Of a DNA stretch of 64,000 bases, positions 1-9,756 are shown in pieces. The position numbers and the translations under genes are program-made. The stretch spans positions 1,780,578 through 1,844,577 of the forward strand of contig CP136572.1 in NCBI GenBank assembly GCA_035193785.1, read 5' to 3'. A model generated the notes under the pieces. The model was not told where the DNA came from. It saw only the letters and a program-made list of their open reading frames with translations, and searched no databases. The DNA comes from Planktothrix sp. GU0601_MAG3 (lineage in GTDB: Bacteria; Cyanobacteriota; Cyanobacteriia; Cyanobacteriales; Microcoleaceae). The stretch's first letter is position 1. Every line of letters begins with the position of its first letter.

Positions 1-726
1 AAATGAGGAAAGACACCTGAGTAATTCAGGATGGTCGGGATCAACGGTTAAGCCTTGCTCTGTAAACTTAATTGCTAGTTGGTATTGGCTGCCGGAATAG
101 GCTAATTTATAGATAAATGGAATTAAAACTTCCATAAAAGATTGAGAGTCTTGAATATGGCTAATACAGACCTCGGCAAACTCATAGGATAAAAAATGTT
201 CTGGCTCTTGTTCTAAAACATTATTTAAAATTTGCAGTAGGAGTTCGTTATTAATATTAATGATTTGATCGGATTTAAGAGTTTCAATAATTCCTAGGTC
301 TACCAGAGTTTCTGGGGTGTAGGTTTTGTTCAACGTAGACAAACCCACCAAATGCAAGACATTATTAATATCAGCAGGATTAACCTCTTGAATATGTTGC
401 CGAATTACCCAAGCCGTTGTGTAGTCCCCAAGAATTAACCGTTGTCGTTCGGCTTCGGTTTCTAAAATATTGCTTAATTCTTCTACCCCTTGGTCAATGG
501 CTTCTGGTTCTTCTCCCATGCCCACAAACCAAGTGGTTTGGGCTTCAACTTCTTTCCCTTGCAATAATAAAATTAATCCCAAATGCCAATAGTTAGATTT
601 AATATCAGGCTCTGACTGTATAGCTTGTTCATAAAGTTGGGCAGCCTGATCATACTGTTTGTTTTGGAAATATTCCTCGGCTATTTTTTGCCAATTAGAA
701 TTAAGCACTAACTTGGAATTAGACAT
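1..726 (-). CDS. TPR-containing protein, probable O-GlcNAc transferase (SPINDLY/OGT family) N-terminus; runs off the window edge
   Basis: Hand translation from ATG at 726: MSNSKLVLNSNWQKIAEEYFQNKQYDQAAQLYEQAIQSEPDIKSNYWHLGLILLLQGKEVEAQTTW..., TPR-like; directly downstream of the pilin as in other cyanobacterial pilA-ogt loci. Catalytic domain not in the window. Confidence 0.65.
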   Translation of the reverse strand, partial: MSNSKLVLNSNWQKIAEEYFQNKQYDQAAQLYEQAIQSEPDIKSNYWHLGLILLLQGKEVEAQTTWFVGMGEEPEAIDQGVEELSNILETEAERQRLILGDYTTAWVIRQHIQEVNPADINNVLHLVGLSTLNKTYTPETLVDLGIIETLKSDQIININNELLLQILNNVLEQEPEHFLSYEFAEVCISHIQDSQSFMEVLIPFIYKLAYSGSQYQLAIKFTEQGLTVDPDHPELLRCLSSF

Positions 727-762
727 TGCCTTTCTCTCTACTGATCCCGTTCACCTAATATC

Positions 763-796
763 AAAGCGGGGGCTATGGGTCAAGCCTCCCGCTTTT
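763..796 (-). terminator. Hairpin between pilin and downstream TPR/OGT gene
   Basis: AAAGCGGGGGCT...AGCCTCCCGCTTTT inverted repeat about 55 bp after the pilin stop. Confidence 0.6.
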
Positions 797-849
797 ATTA
801 GTTAAACATTGTTGTGAACTAATACCAAAAACTCGTAGTAATGAGTAGA

Positions 850-1374
850 TTACTTAGTCACTGCGCTTTGACCAGCAGCACAAGCAGGAGAAGCTGTACC
901 ATTGGGTGTAACAGTAGTCGGTACTTGCCAGTTAGCGGTAACAGACTGTTCACACAGTAGAGTTTCTGTGGTTTTTGCATCCCCCGCTGGGATCAGGCCC
1001 ACGGCTCCAACATAGGCTTTCATGGCCAGCGATGCAGGTGCTGCGGTTGAGGAAGCTCCGTTACCATCTTTTCCAGCTCCATACTTGAAGTTGGAGGTTT
1101 GGGTTTTCAAGCCAATCCCTAATTCTGAGATATTGGCAGCAAATGCTGTATTTTCCACATAGTAGGCTTGCTGACCTTTGTTAACAGCAGAGAGGTATTG
1201 TTTCCCTTCGGACTGTTTGGCTTTGTTAGCTTGGTTGAGGAAGGAAGGTAGAGCGATCGCAGCCAAAATACCGATAATGATAATAACGACTAACAGTTCA
1301 ATTAAGGTGAAACCTTCTTCTTTTTTTCTATTAGAAACGTATTGCAGGAATTTTGCTTTAAATTCGGTCTTCAT
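850..1374 (-). CDS. pilA: Type IV major pilin
   Basis: Prepilin cleavage/N-methylation motif EEG|FTLIELLVVIIIIGILAAIALPSFL and C-terminal Cys pair; start placed at MKTEFKAKF. Confidence 0.9.
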   Translation of the reverse strand: MKTEFKAKFLQYVSNRKKEEGFTLIELLVVIIIIGILAAIALPSFLNQANKAKQSEGKQYLSAVNKGQQAYYVENTAFAANISELGIGLKTQTSNFKYGAGKDGNGASSTAAPASLAMKAYVGAVGLIPAGDAKTTETLLCEQSVTANWQVPTTVTPNGTASPACAAGQSAVTK

Positions 1375-1425
1375 AATCTTTTCTCCGTTTGGGGGGATGT
1401 TTAACTTTTTATCTGGTAGTTCTAA

Positions 1426-1432
1426 CTTACCC
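1426..1432 (-). promoter_or_regulatory. Putative SigF-type promoter element of the pilin gene
   Basis: GGGTAAG on the minus strand about 50 bp upstream of the pilin start, resembling the element of cyanobacterial pilA promoters; motif only. Confidence 0.45.
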
Positions 1433-1472
1433 ACTGCTCTAAAGTTTCATATCACCCCAACAAAATTTTTTT

Positions 1473-2804
1473 TCAATTTGATCCTGAACGCTGCAAAAGC
1501 ACATATAGAAAGGCATCTAGGGTTGTCAGTAATTCCTTAACCTGCTCAAAGGCGATTTGAGGATTGATTGGTTCCAGGGTAACTGGGTCTACAGGTTGGA
1601 TCTGTTGCCAACGTTCTACCAGGGACATAATCGGCTGTTCCGTCTCCCACAGGGGCAGCAAACAGGCAGCCAGACGACTTTCAAGGGTAATGGGTACAAT
1701 GGTTGGCAACTTAACATATTGACTGATTTCAAAATGCCTTTGGGTCTTGACACATTCAATTAAGTCCTCTTTAGCCTTGCTGGTTTTGAGTTGGGGATGG
1801 AGATGGACTTGGGTTGTTCGCCAGTCTGTATCTGTCCAGTTACTAACGGGAATCATAGATTGATTGATCATCGGATGACCACACCAAAAATCAAGCAAAC
1901 GATGGATAGGATGCAATAGCTCATAGAAATGTAAGCGATCTTCTATTGAGAGTTCGGGTAAACTCATCCCTAAAAAGGCTGGTAAATTCTCAGCATCCTT
2001 AAATAAATCGATCACTTCCCAGTTTCGCCAGTTAACCATACTAATTAGCTCTAAGTCTGAGTTTCTTAGTGCTGCAAATAGTTCTGGAATGGTGTAACCT
2101 TTGTCTCCTTGAAACAGATAATTCATTAATACCCATTCCTTTTCTTGGATTTTTTCAGCATTATAGGTTTGTGATTTCAATAAAACTTGATCTTTTAATG
2201 CTCCCATGATTTCCCCAGTTAAATCAATCTCTAACTCGGTAGGGTTATCATCCATTAATCCCATCATTTTGAATAGGGATTGCGCCCTAAAATAATTAGC
2301 ACGCTGAAACGCACTGTGGAGATTTGTTCTAATTATTCCTTCTGGCTTCAAAACTGATTTCATTGCCTTTAGGGGTACGGTAATATCAGGAAACAGATAC
2401 AACGATTCATCATTATTAATATAATCAAACTCATAACCCAGTTGTGGCAAGTTTTCTATGGGTAAAACATAAAATTCGGCGTTGTCAAACCCATGAAATT
2501 TTAAACGCTCACGGGCTAGTTCAATAGATTGTTCAGAAATATCAATTCCCACAATCTTAGCCCCCGGATTAGCTTCTGCTAACACTAAAGATTTATATCC
2601 CGTGCCACATCCGGCATCTAAAATAACTTTGCCTTCTGTATGAATAACTTTCTGATATTTTAGATAATAGCAAGTTACTAAATTATGAATAAATAGTAAC
2701 TCATAATCGGTTTTAGGTGATTGTTCTAAAGGAGTTCTAGGATAGGGTGCTGAGTCAAACTGTTGACGAATTTTTTCTAATAATTCCGGGTCTTGATTTT
2801 GCAT
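1473..2804 (-). CDS. Class I SAM-dependent methyltransferase (pilin-locus associated)
   Basis: ILDAGCGTG motif I and acidic motif IVGIDIS; 443 aa. Confidence 0.85.
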   Translation of the reverse strand: MQNQDPELLEKIRQQFDSAPYPRTPLEQSPKTDYELLFIHNLVTCYYLKYQKVIHTEGKVILDAGCGTGYKSLVLAEANPGAKIVGIDISEQSIELARERLKFHGFDNAEFYVLPIENLPQLGYEFDYINNDESLYLFPDITVPLKAMKSVLKPEGIIRTNLHSAFQRANYFRAQSLFKMMGLMDDNPTELEIDLTGEIMGALKDQVLLKSQTYNAEKIQEKEWVLMNYLFQGDKGYTIPELFAALRNSDLELISMVNWRNWEVIDLFKDAENLPAFLGMSLPELSIEDRLHFYELLHPIHRLLDFWCGHPMINQSMIPVSNWTDTDWRTTQVHLHPQLKTSKAKEDLIECVKTQRHFEISQYVKLPTIVPITLESRLAACLLPLWETEQPIMSLVERWQQIQPVDPVTLEPINPQIAFEQVKELLTTLDAFLYVLLQRSGSN

Positions 2805-2871
2805 GGGTATTTCTCAAGTAAACTATTAAATGGCGATCGCACCCTTTCCATTTATTTATAGAATGCCATCT

Positions 2872-3069
2872 ATGGATAACAAAATTACATTTCTACTCAA
2901 AGTTCTACTCCTATCCCTAGGGTTATCGGTTTTGATCAAGTTCGTTGGCCCATTGCTGAAAATTCCAACGTCCTCAACCATTGCCTTAGTCGCCGTTTGC
3001 TTACCTTCGGTTATTCTGGCCTTATTATTCAGTTGGCGGCTTAGACAATATCCTCAACAGCCGGAATAG
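2872..3069 (+). CDS. Small two-TM membrane protein
   Basis: Two hydrophobic helices (LLKVLLLSLGLSVLIKFVG; IALVAVCLPSVILALLFSW). Confidence 0.6.
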   Translation: MDNKITFLLKVLLLSLGLSVLIKFVGPLLKIPTSSTIALVAVCLPSVILALLFSWRLRQYPQQPE

Positions 3070-3263
3070 TCGGGCAAAAAAATAGCCGATTGGGGGGAGA
3101 AATAGCGATCGCTTTTCCCCCGTCCCTCAGAGGAGAAAGCATACAAATTTCGGTCGCCCAGCCAGGTTTATCTGCGATAAACTATTAGAAATAGAGAAGC
3201 TCGATCAAAAGGCTATTATTTTTTGATCAGTTTAAAACATTACAACAGGAGTCAGGCCAACCC

Positions 3264-3621
3264 ATGACACAAACGACTCAAGCCCCAACCCAAGGGGTTT
3301 CAGATGACCGAATCAGCCATCAAACAAGTCCAATTTCTGCGAGAAAAGCAAGGAAAAGATCTATGTCTGCGCGTCGGAGTCCGCCAGGGCGGTTGTTCTG
3401 GAATGTCCTATTTAATGGATTTTGCCGACCCCAGTACCATTCGAGAGGATGATGACGTATTTGATTATGAGGGGTTTAAGGTCGTTTGCGATCGCAAAAG
3501 CCTACTCTACATTTACGGCCTAGTCCTCGATTATACGGATGCTCTAATTGGTGGCGGGTTTCAGTTTACCAACCCCCAAGCCACTCAAACCTGCGGTTGT
3601 GGTAAGTCCTTTGCCACCTAG
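3264..3621 (+). CDS. iscA: Fe-S cluster assembly accessory protein IscA/HesB family (+1 frameshift at 3297-3301)
   Basis: GGCSGMSY and TCGCGKSF motifs; GTTTC->GTTC joins MTQTTQAPTQGV to QMTESAIKQV. Confidence 0.9.
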
Positions 3622-3906
3622 GACTTGAGAAACCGGGTTTTTAGTATTAGAAGGAATAGGGAATAGGGAACACAGGAACAGGGAAATCCCCCATTGAAAC
3701 CTTGTTTCCTGTGCCATCCGGTTTCAGGTATTTTTTATGCGGTTTGATGCAGCAAACCCAGGGTGGCAAAATCTTTTCCTCTAGTTTTGCCTGTTCCGGT
3801 GTTCCCTAATGTATAATCAGAGATTGGCAATTTGCCCTAGGTATAGATTTGGCACTAAATCACCCAGTCTATAGCCTATTGCCGTATCTTAAATCTACAA
3901 CAAATC

Positions 3907-4326
3907 ATGACGACTCCAGAAGAATTATTTAAGGAAGGTTTTGAACGGTATCAAGCGGGGGAAGACCCGGAAACCTTGATTCCAGTGTTTAAGGATATTT
4001 GTGATCACGCCCCAAAAAATAGTAATGCTTGGACAAGTTTGGCTTGGTTATATCTATTAGTAGATAAACCGAAATTAGCCTATAACGCAGCCAAATCAGC
4101 CGTTAAACTCAATCCCCATGATCCCCAAGCGCGAGTGAATTTAGCGACGGCGATGTTGGAGTTGGGGAAAACGGGGGTACGTTCCCAGGTTGAACTAGCT
4201 GGTCAATTGGTATTAGTAGATACAGACTGGCAACAGGAATTAGCGAAGAATTTTGAGGATGGATTAACTCGCAAACCCGACTGGAAATCCCTAGCCCGAG
4301 TCAAACAATGGTTATTTGAAGGTTAG
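3907..4326 (+). CDS. TPR repeat protein
   Basis: TPR-like pattern NAWTSLAWLYLL...LAYNAAKSAVKLNPHDPQARVNLA. Confidence 0.8.
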   Translation: MTTPEELFKEGFERYQAGEDPETLIPVFKDICDHAPKNSNAWTSLAWLYLLVDKPKLAYNAAKSAVKLNPHDPQARVNLATAMLELGKTGVRSQVELAGQLVLVDTDWQQELAKNFEDGLTRKPDWKSLARVKQWLFEG

Positions 4327-4328
4327 GG

Positions 4329-4377
4329 AACAATTACCTAATTTTGCCGCTCTAATTAGCATAATTAGGTAATTGTT
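4329..4377. terminator. 15-bp perfect inverted repeat after TPR gene
   Basis: AACAATTACCTAATT...AATTAGGTAATTGTT. Confidence 0.55.
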
Positions 4378-4614
4378 CACAATAACTGCATGGATAATTG
4401 AATTCTTTAAGCGGCTATAAATCCACTGAAAACGGCTAAAAATGACTGAAAATCTATAAACTCCTAAAAAGTATTAAGAAAGCGCAACAAAAAATTACAT
4501 AAGTTCACTAACAAGGACTAAAAATAGTGATAGTATTTGAAAACTTCGATAGTTAACAATCAAAATCAGCCAGTCAAAAAACTTTTTGATAATAAATAGG
4601 GAGATGGGATCACT

Positions 4615-4806
4615 ATGGATAGCCAAGTTTATGTCAAAGCCGAAACCCGCAACCATAAGGGCTTTTTTGTGAAACAAGGGGCCTATAAGTTAAAAAATAT
4701 TGATGAATCGGGTTGGGCATTGATCTGTGTTGATGATACTGTTTGTTATTACGTTGATCCCGATAATTTAGATACAGAAGATTCGGAAGAAACAGTGGAA
4801 GCTTGA
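4615..4806 (+). CDS. Small hypothetical protein
   Basis: 63-aa ORF with GGAG-type RBS upstream and acidic tail. Confidence 0.55.
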   Translation: MDSQVYVKAETRNHKGFFVKQGAYKLKNIDESGWALICVDDTVCYYVDPDNLDTEDSEETVEA

Positions 4807-4936
4807 TGCAATTTGTCTTGAGCAATCTGAGGATAAAACTTTATACAAAGAAGTAAAAATACCTAATTAAAATGCTGTCCCAATTATTGAGGACAGCCAT
4901 TTTTTTATTGACATCACTGTTTTTATTTCTATTCCC

Positions 4937-4969
4937 AATTCGTAATTCGTAATTCGTAATTCGTAATTC
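4937..4969. repeat. Heptamer STRR-type tandem repeat (AATTCGT)x4+
   Basis: Direct reading of the sequence. Confidence 0.85.
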
Positions 4970-4976
4970 CCCACTA

Positions 4977-5852
4977 TTAACGCTGATTCCGCAAACGGGG
5001 ATTGAGAAAATCGTTTAATCCTTCTCCTAAGAGAGATAAACCAACGACCATGATGGTTAATGCTAAACCTGGGAATAAAGTTGTCCACCAAATTCCGGTG
5101 GGTAATGCTTCTAAGGCAATTCTTAAATCATGTCCCCATTCGGGAATTTCATCGGGTAAACCTAAGCCTAAAAATCCTAATCCCCCTAGGGTTAAAATGG
5201 CATCCGCCGCATTCAATGTAAATAATACCGGAACACTTTGGATCACATTTAAAAACAAATAACGGGTTAAAATTCGACTGGTACTTGCCCCTAAAGCTTG
5301 GGCGGCTTCAACAAATAATTCCGTTTTCACCGAAGTAGTGTGATTGCGAACCACGCGATAATATTGAGGAATATAGGCTACACTAAGGGCGATCGCCGCA
5401 TTCAAAACTCCTTTTCCTACCACAAACGCTAAAGTAATCGAAAGTAATAATCCGGGTAACGTATAAATCGTATCCATTAAAAATAATAAAACCCGATCTA
5501 TTTTTCCCCCTAAATATCCACTCACCATTCCCAATGGGACACCGATTCCGACACTCAAAAGCGTTGCTAATAAGACGACTTGCCAAGCTACTTGAGTCCC
5601 AAATAATGTCCGAGAAAAGACATCATATCCTAAACGACTTGTTCCCAACCAATATTCAAAAGATGGCGGTTGATGGATGGGGTTAGACAGAAATTCCGTC
5701 GGACTTTGTATCCATCCCCAGGTTAAAAATAAAGGTGATAATACTGCTATTAATAGAAATAAGATTGTAATGACTAATCCACAAAAGGTCATAGCCGTTG
5801 ATACCGAAGGAACCTGAAATCCCCTGAAAAGACGAAAAGATTGAACACGCAT
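4977..5852 (-). CDS. Peptide/nickel ABC transporter permease (DppC/OppC family)
   Basis: WLGTSRLGYDVFSR, EAA loop FVEAAQALGAS, LGFLGLG..PEWG motifs. Confidence 0.9.
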   Translation of the reverse strand: MRVQSFRLFRGFQVPSVSTAMTFCGLVITILFLLIAVLSPLFLTWGWIQSPTEFLSNPIHQPPSFEYWLGTSRLGYDVFSRTLFGTQVAWQVVLLATLLSVGIGVPLGMVSGYLGGKIDRVLLFLMDTIYTLPGLLLSITLAFVVGKGVLNAAIALSVAYIPQYYRVVRNHTTSVKTELFVEAAQALGASTSRILTRYLFLNVIQSVPVLFTLNAADAILTLGGLGFLGLGLPDEIPEWGHDLRIALEALPTGIWWTTLFPGLALTIMVVGLSLLGEGLNDFLNPRLRNQR

Positions 5853-5883
5853 TGAATTTTTGAATATTGTATTTGAGATTAGA

Positions 5884-7356
5884 TTGACATCCGCCCCGCC
5901 GTGAACGGGCGGGAATTCCATCTATTTAAGCAGATCAACCCTTCGATCGTTCGACCGTTCGACTGGCTCACGGCTCACGGCTCAGGAGATAGCTGCCTAA
6001 ATACTGGGTGGGTTGACGCTTCGCTGGCTACTGCTACCTTGGCGGTAGTCTTACATCTGCCTCCACGTCCGTTTAGAGTCTCCGAATGCCCTCCGGCGAC
6101 ACTTCGACATTGCTCAGTGCAGGCTAAAATATTAATTGCAGCATTAATATCTCGATCATGAGAAGTGCCACAATTAAGGCAAATCCACTCTCTAATATTT
6201 AGCTCTTTTTTGCCACCTTTGAACCCGCAACCAGAGCAAATTTGAGAAGTAGGAATCCATCTATCAATTACTCGAAAATCCCGCCCGTACATGACTGACT
6301 TAGCTTCTAACATAGTTCTAAAATTACGCCATCCTAAGTCACTAATTGCACGGGATAGTTTGCGGTTTTTCATCATCCCTGACACATTCAAATCTTCTAA
6401 AACTATTGTTTGATTCTCACGAATAATCTTAGTTGAAAGTTTGTGTAAAAAATCATTTCGGGTATCAGAAATATTAGCATGAAGTTTAGCTAGTTTCTTT
6501 CTAGCAACCTCCCTTCTTTTACTGCTACTTCGACTCCGCTCAGTACAGGCTTTCTGTTTCCTTGACAAATTGCGTTGTAATTTCCTTAAACGCTTTAATT
6601 GTTTCTTTAAAGGTTTGGGGGATTTAATTTTTTCACCATTACTTAATGTCGCAAAATCGGTGATTCCTAAGTCAATTCCAACACTGTGTCCATTGTTGGG
6701 TAATTGTTGAGGATTAAACTCAACTACAAAACTAACAAGGTACCTGTCAGTGCTATCTTTGATTAGGGTAATACTAGAAGGAACTGCGGGTAATTTTCTG
6801 CTCCAGATTACTCTGATATCACCTATTTTAGCTAGGTGAATATAATTAGAATCAGGATATAGTTTGAACCCATTATTGGTAAATCTAGCTGATTGCTTGG
6901 ATTTGCGTTTTTTGAATTTGGGAAGTTTAACTTTCTTGCCTTTTCTTTGCCCTTTACAGGATTTAAAAAAGTTGGAATAAGCTTGCTCCAAATCTCTCAA
7001 AGACTGTTGTAAAGGAACGGAGGAAACTTCTGTTAACCATTCTTTTTCCTCGGTTTTTTTTAGTTCTGTAAGTCTTTTAGAAAGTTCATTGCTAGAAGGT
7101 TTTTTATTACCCGCACGGTATTGATCTTGACAGTAGGCTAAAGCATCGTTAAAAACTACACGACAACAACCAAACAATTGAGACATCAGCCTCTTTTGTT
7201 GGTTAGTTGGGTAGATTCGGTAGCGATACCTGGCTTTCATTGTTTTTGTTGCTTACGATCACTTTTTTAGTATACTCTACAATAGAATAAAAAGCCGTCG
7301 TAGAACAGCCTGCCCTGAGCGCGTCGAAGGGACGGGGTTTTAAACCCATTTTTCTG
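5884..7356 (-). mobile_element. IS200/IS605-family TnpB-only element (IS1341-like)
   Basis: Right end ...CCCGCCCGTTCACGGCGGGGCGGATGTCAA with hairpin; left end TTAT|CAGAAAAATGGGTTTAAAACCCCGTC...; no tnpA seen. Confidence 0.8.
5975..7240 (-). CDS. tnpB: RNA-guided endonuclease TnpB
   Basis: N-terminal YRYRIYPT HTH, RuvC residues GIDLG / LEDL / DRDINAAINI, zinc finger CSGCG...CLNCG. Confidence 0.93.
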   Translation of the reverse strand: MKARYRYRIYPTNQQKRLMSQLFGCCRVVFNDALAYCQDQYRAGNKKPSSNELSKRLTELKKTEEKEWLTEVSSVPLQQSLRDLEQAYSNFFKSCKGQRKGKKVKLPKFKKRKSKQSARFTNNGFKLYPDSNYIHLAKIGDIRVIWSRKLPAVPSSITLIKDSTDRYLVSFVVEFNPQQLPNNGHSVGIDLGITDFATLSNGEKIKSPKPLKKQLKRLRKLQRNLSRKQKACTERSRSSSKRREVARKKLAKLHANISDTRNDFLHKLSTKIIRENQTIVLEDLNVSGMMKNRKLSRAISDLGWRNFRTMLEAKSVMYGRDFRVIDRWIPTSQICSGCGFKGGKKELNIREWICLNCGTSHDRDINAAINILACTEQCRSVAGGHSETLNGRGGRCKTTAKVAVASEASTHPVFRQLSPEP

Positions 7357-7573
7357 ATAACCCAAATTAAGCTGACAAGCCATAATCCCAAAGGTCGCCT
7401 TAGAAGGACAGAGCCTTAAACCCAGATTTTCGGTAAGCGATGGACAAGTTAAGAGTGGCTCTCCCAAGATTCCCCTATCCCGCTAATTTCTGTAACGGTT
7501 CTTTACGACTGCTATAGACAAGAGCAACATCAGTGTTACGATGCCCTAAAAACATAATTTGAGTGATATTCCT

Positions 7574-8003
7574 ATGGCAGAAGCACTGACTGGAAAACCA
7601 CCTAAGTTTGGTGGCAGCACAGGTGGCTTATTAACAAAAGCCCAAGTTGAAGAAAAATATGCGATCACCTGGACTAGCAGCAAAGAACAGGTGTTTGAAA
7701 TGCCCACGGGTGGTGTGGCAATTATGAACGAAGGGGAAAACCTTTTGTATTTAGCCCGCAAAGAAACAGTGTCTAGCTTTGGGCACTCAACTGCGGTCGA
7801 AATTCAAACCCAAAATGGACAACTATAAAATCTATCGGGTTTTCCCTAACGGCGAAACTGAATACCTGCATCCCAAAGATGGCGTTTTCCCTGAAAAAGT
7901 CAACGAAGGACGTCAAGCTGTGAATAGCGTGGCTCACAATATTGGGAGCAATGTTGATCCAGTTAAAGTCAAATTCACAAGTAAAACCACCTCTGACGTT
8001 TAG
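7574..8003 (+). CDS. psaD: Photosystem I subunit II PsaD (+1 frameshift at 7763-7767)
   Basis: [31 protein letters not shown]->GAAC restores [14 protein letters not shown] and joins [14 protein letters not shown]. Confidence 0.95.
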
Positions 8004-8047
8004 AACGTTCAGGTGCAATTAACCAGGGCAATGCCCTAAACATATTA

Positions 8048-8090
8048 GGATGGAGGATAGTTTATTCTGACCTTCATCCTTTGTTTTTTA
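8048..8090 (+). terminator. Probable intrinsic terminator after psaD
   Basis: AGGATGGAGG...CCTTCATCCT stem followed by a T-rich tract. Confidence 0.55.
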
Positions 8091-8102
8091 CTGTTCGCCG
8101 CT

Positions 8103-9620
8103 ATGATTTTTCCAGATTTCTCCCAATTTGCTCAACTGGCTTCCACAGGAAATTTTATTCCGGTCTATCAAGAATGGGTGGCTGATTTAGATACCCCGGT
8201 TTCGGCTTGGTATCGGGTTTGTGCCAATCAACCCTATAATTTTCTCTTGGAATCGGTGGAAGGGGGAGAAAGCATCGGGCGTTATAGTTTTTTGGGTTGT
8301 GATCCGGTTTGGATTTTAGAAGCTTATGGCGATCGCACGGTGCAAAAATGGCGAGATGGAACAATTCAAGAATTCACGGGCGATCCCTTCCAAGCCCTAC
8401 AAGAATGTTTACAACCCTATCATCCGGTAAAATTGCCCCAGTTACCCGCCGGAATTGGGGGACTATTTGGGTTTTGGGGTTATGAATTAATTCAATGGAT
8501 CGAGTCCTGCGTCCCGGTACATTCCCCCAATTCCGATGATCTACCCGATGGGTTATGGATGCAGGTTGATAATTTATTAATCTTTGATCAGGTTAAACGC
8601 AAAATTTGGGCGATCGCCTATGCCGATACTCGCCATACCGATTTAGAAACAGCCTATCAACAAGCTTGTGATCGGGTCAAACAATTAGTAGCTAAATTAC
8701 AATCCCCCCTATCCCCAGAAAATACCCTTTTAGAATGGACTCCCCCCGATCAACAACCTCCATTAACCTACAGTAGCAACGTTTCCCAGGAGCAATTTTG
8801 TACCAATGTAGAAAAAGGCAAACAATATATTAAAGCCGGGGATATCTTTCAAGTAGTTTTATCCCAAAGATTAACGGCCGAATATTCCGGCGATCCCTTT
8901 TCCCTTTATCGTTCTTTAAGGTTAATTAATCCTTCTCCTTATATGGCTTATTTTAACTTTGGAAACTGGCAATTAATCGGATCTAGTCCAGAAGTTATGG
9001 TGAAAGCGGATAAAAACCCCGAGGGAAAATTGATCACCACCGTCCGTCCCATTGCGGGTACTCGGCGCCGCGGTCAAACTTCCCAAGAAGATCAGGCGTT
9101 AGGGGAAGATTTATTAAAAGACCCTAAAGAAGTCGCGGAACATATTATGTTAGTCGATTTGGGACGCAATGATTTAGGCCGAGTTTGTCGGATGGGAACA
9201 GTTAAAGTTGATGAATTAATGGTAATTGAACGCTATTCCCATGTCATGCACATTGTTAGTAATGTAGTTGGAGAATTAGCAGAAAATAAAACCGCTTGGG
9301 ATCTTTTAAAAGCCTGTTTTCCCGCCGGGACGGTGAGTGGCGCACCGAAAATTCGGGCGATGGAAATTATCCATGAATTAGAAGGTTGTCGTCGCGGCCC
9401 CTATTCGGGGGTTTATGGTTACTATGATTTTGAGGGACAACTCAATACTGCTATTACCATCCGCACCATGATTGTTCAAAACCAGGGTCAAGGAGAGCAT
9501 CAAGTGAGTGTGCAAGCGGGGGCGGGGGTGGTGGCGGACTCCCAACCGCAAAAAGAATATGAGGAAACCCTGAATAAAGCCCGGGGGTTATTAGAGGCCA
9601 TTCGTTGCTTGAAGGGATAA
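8103..9620 (+). CDS. trpE: Anthranilate synthase component I
   Basis: LLESVEGG, GDIFQVVLSQ, NPSPYM, RPIAGTR, EHIMLVDLGRND, PAGTVSGAPK motifs. Confidence 0.95.
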   Translation: MIFPDFSQFAQLASTGNFIPVYQEWVADLDTPVSAWYRVCANQPYNFLLESVEGGESIGRYSFLGCDPVWILEAYGDRTVQKWRDGTIQEFTGDPFQALQECLQPYHPVKLPQLPAGIGGLFGFWGYELIQWIESCVPVHSPNSDDLPDGLWMQVDNLLIFDQVKRKIWAIAYADTRHTDLETAYQQACDRVKQLVAKLQSPLSPENTLLEWTPPDQQPPLTYSSNVSQEQFCTNVEKGKQYIKAGDIFQVVLSQRLTAEYSGDPFSLYRSLRLINPSPYMAYFNFGNWQLIGSSPEVMVKADKNPEGKLITTVRPIAGTRRRGQTSQEDQALGEDLLKDPKEVAEHIMLVDLGRNDLGRVCRMGTVKVDELMVIERYSHVMHIVSNVVGELAENKTAWDLLKACFPAGTVSGAPKIRAMEIIHELEGCRRGPYSGVYGYYDFEGQLNTAITIRTMIVQNQGQGEHQVSVQAGAGVVADSQPQKEYEETLNKARGLLEAIRCLKG

Positions 9621-9756
9621 CTCAAAACTGGCTTTTCGGGTTTGAGCGTGGAGACGTGCCAATAGCCTTAGACATGGCTGCGCCCGGGGGCGTCTCTACC
9701 GAAATTTATTTCCGAACACCTGCTAAACTGAGGGAGAAATTTTATGGTTTTGGATT

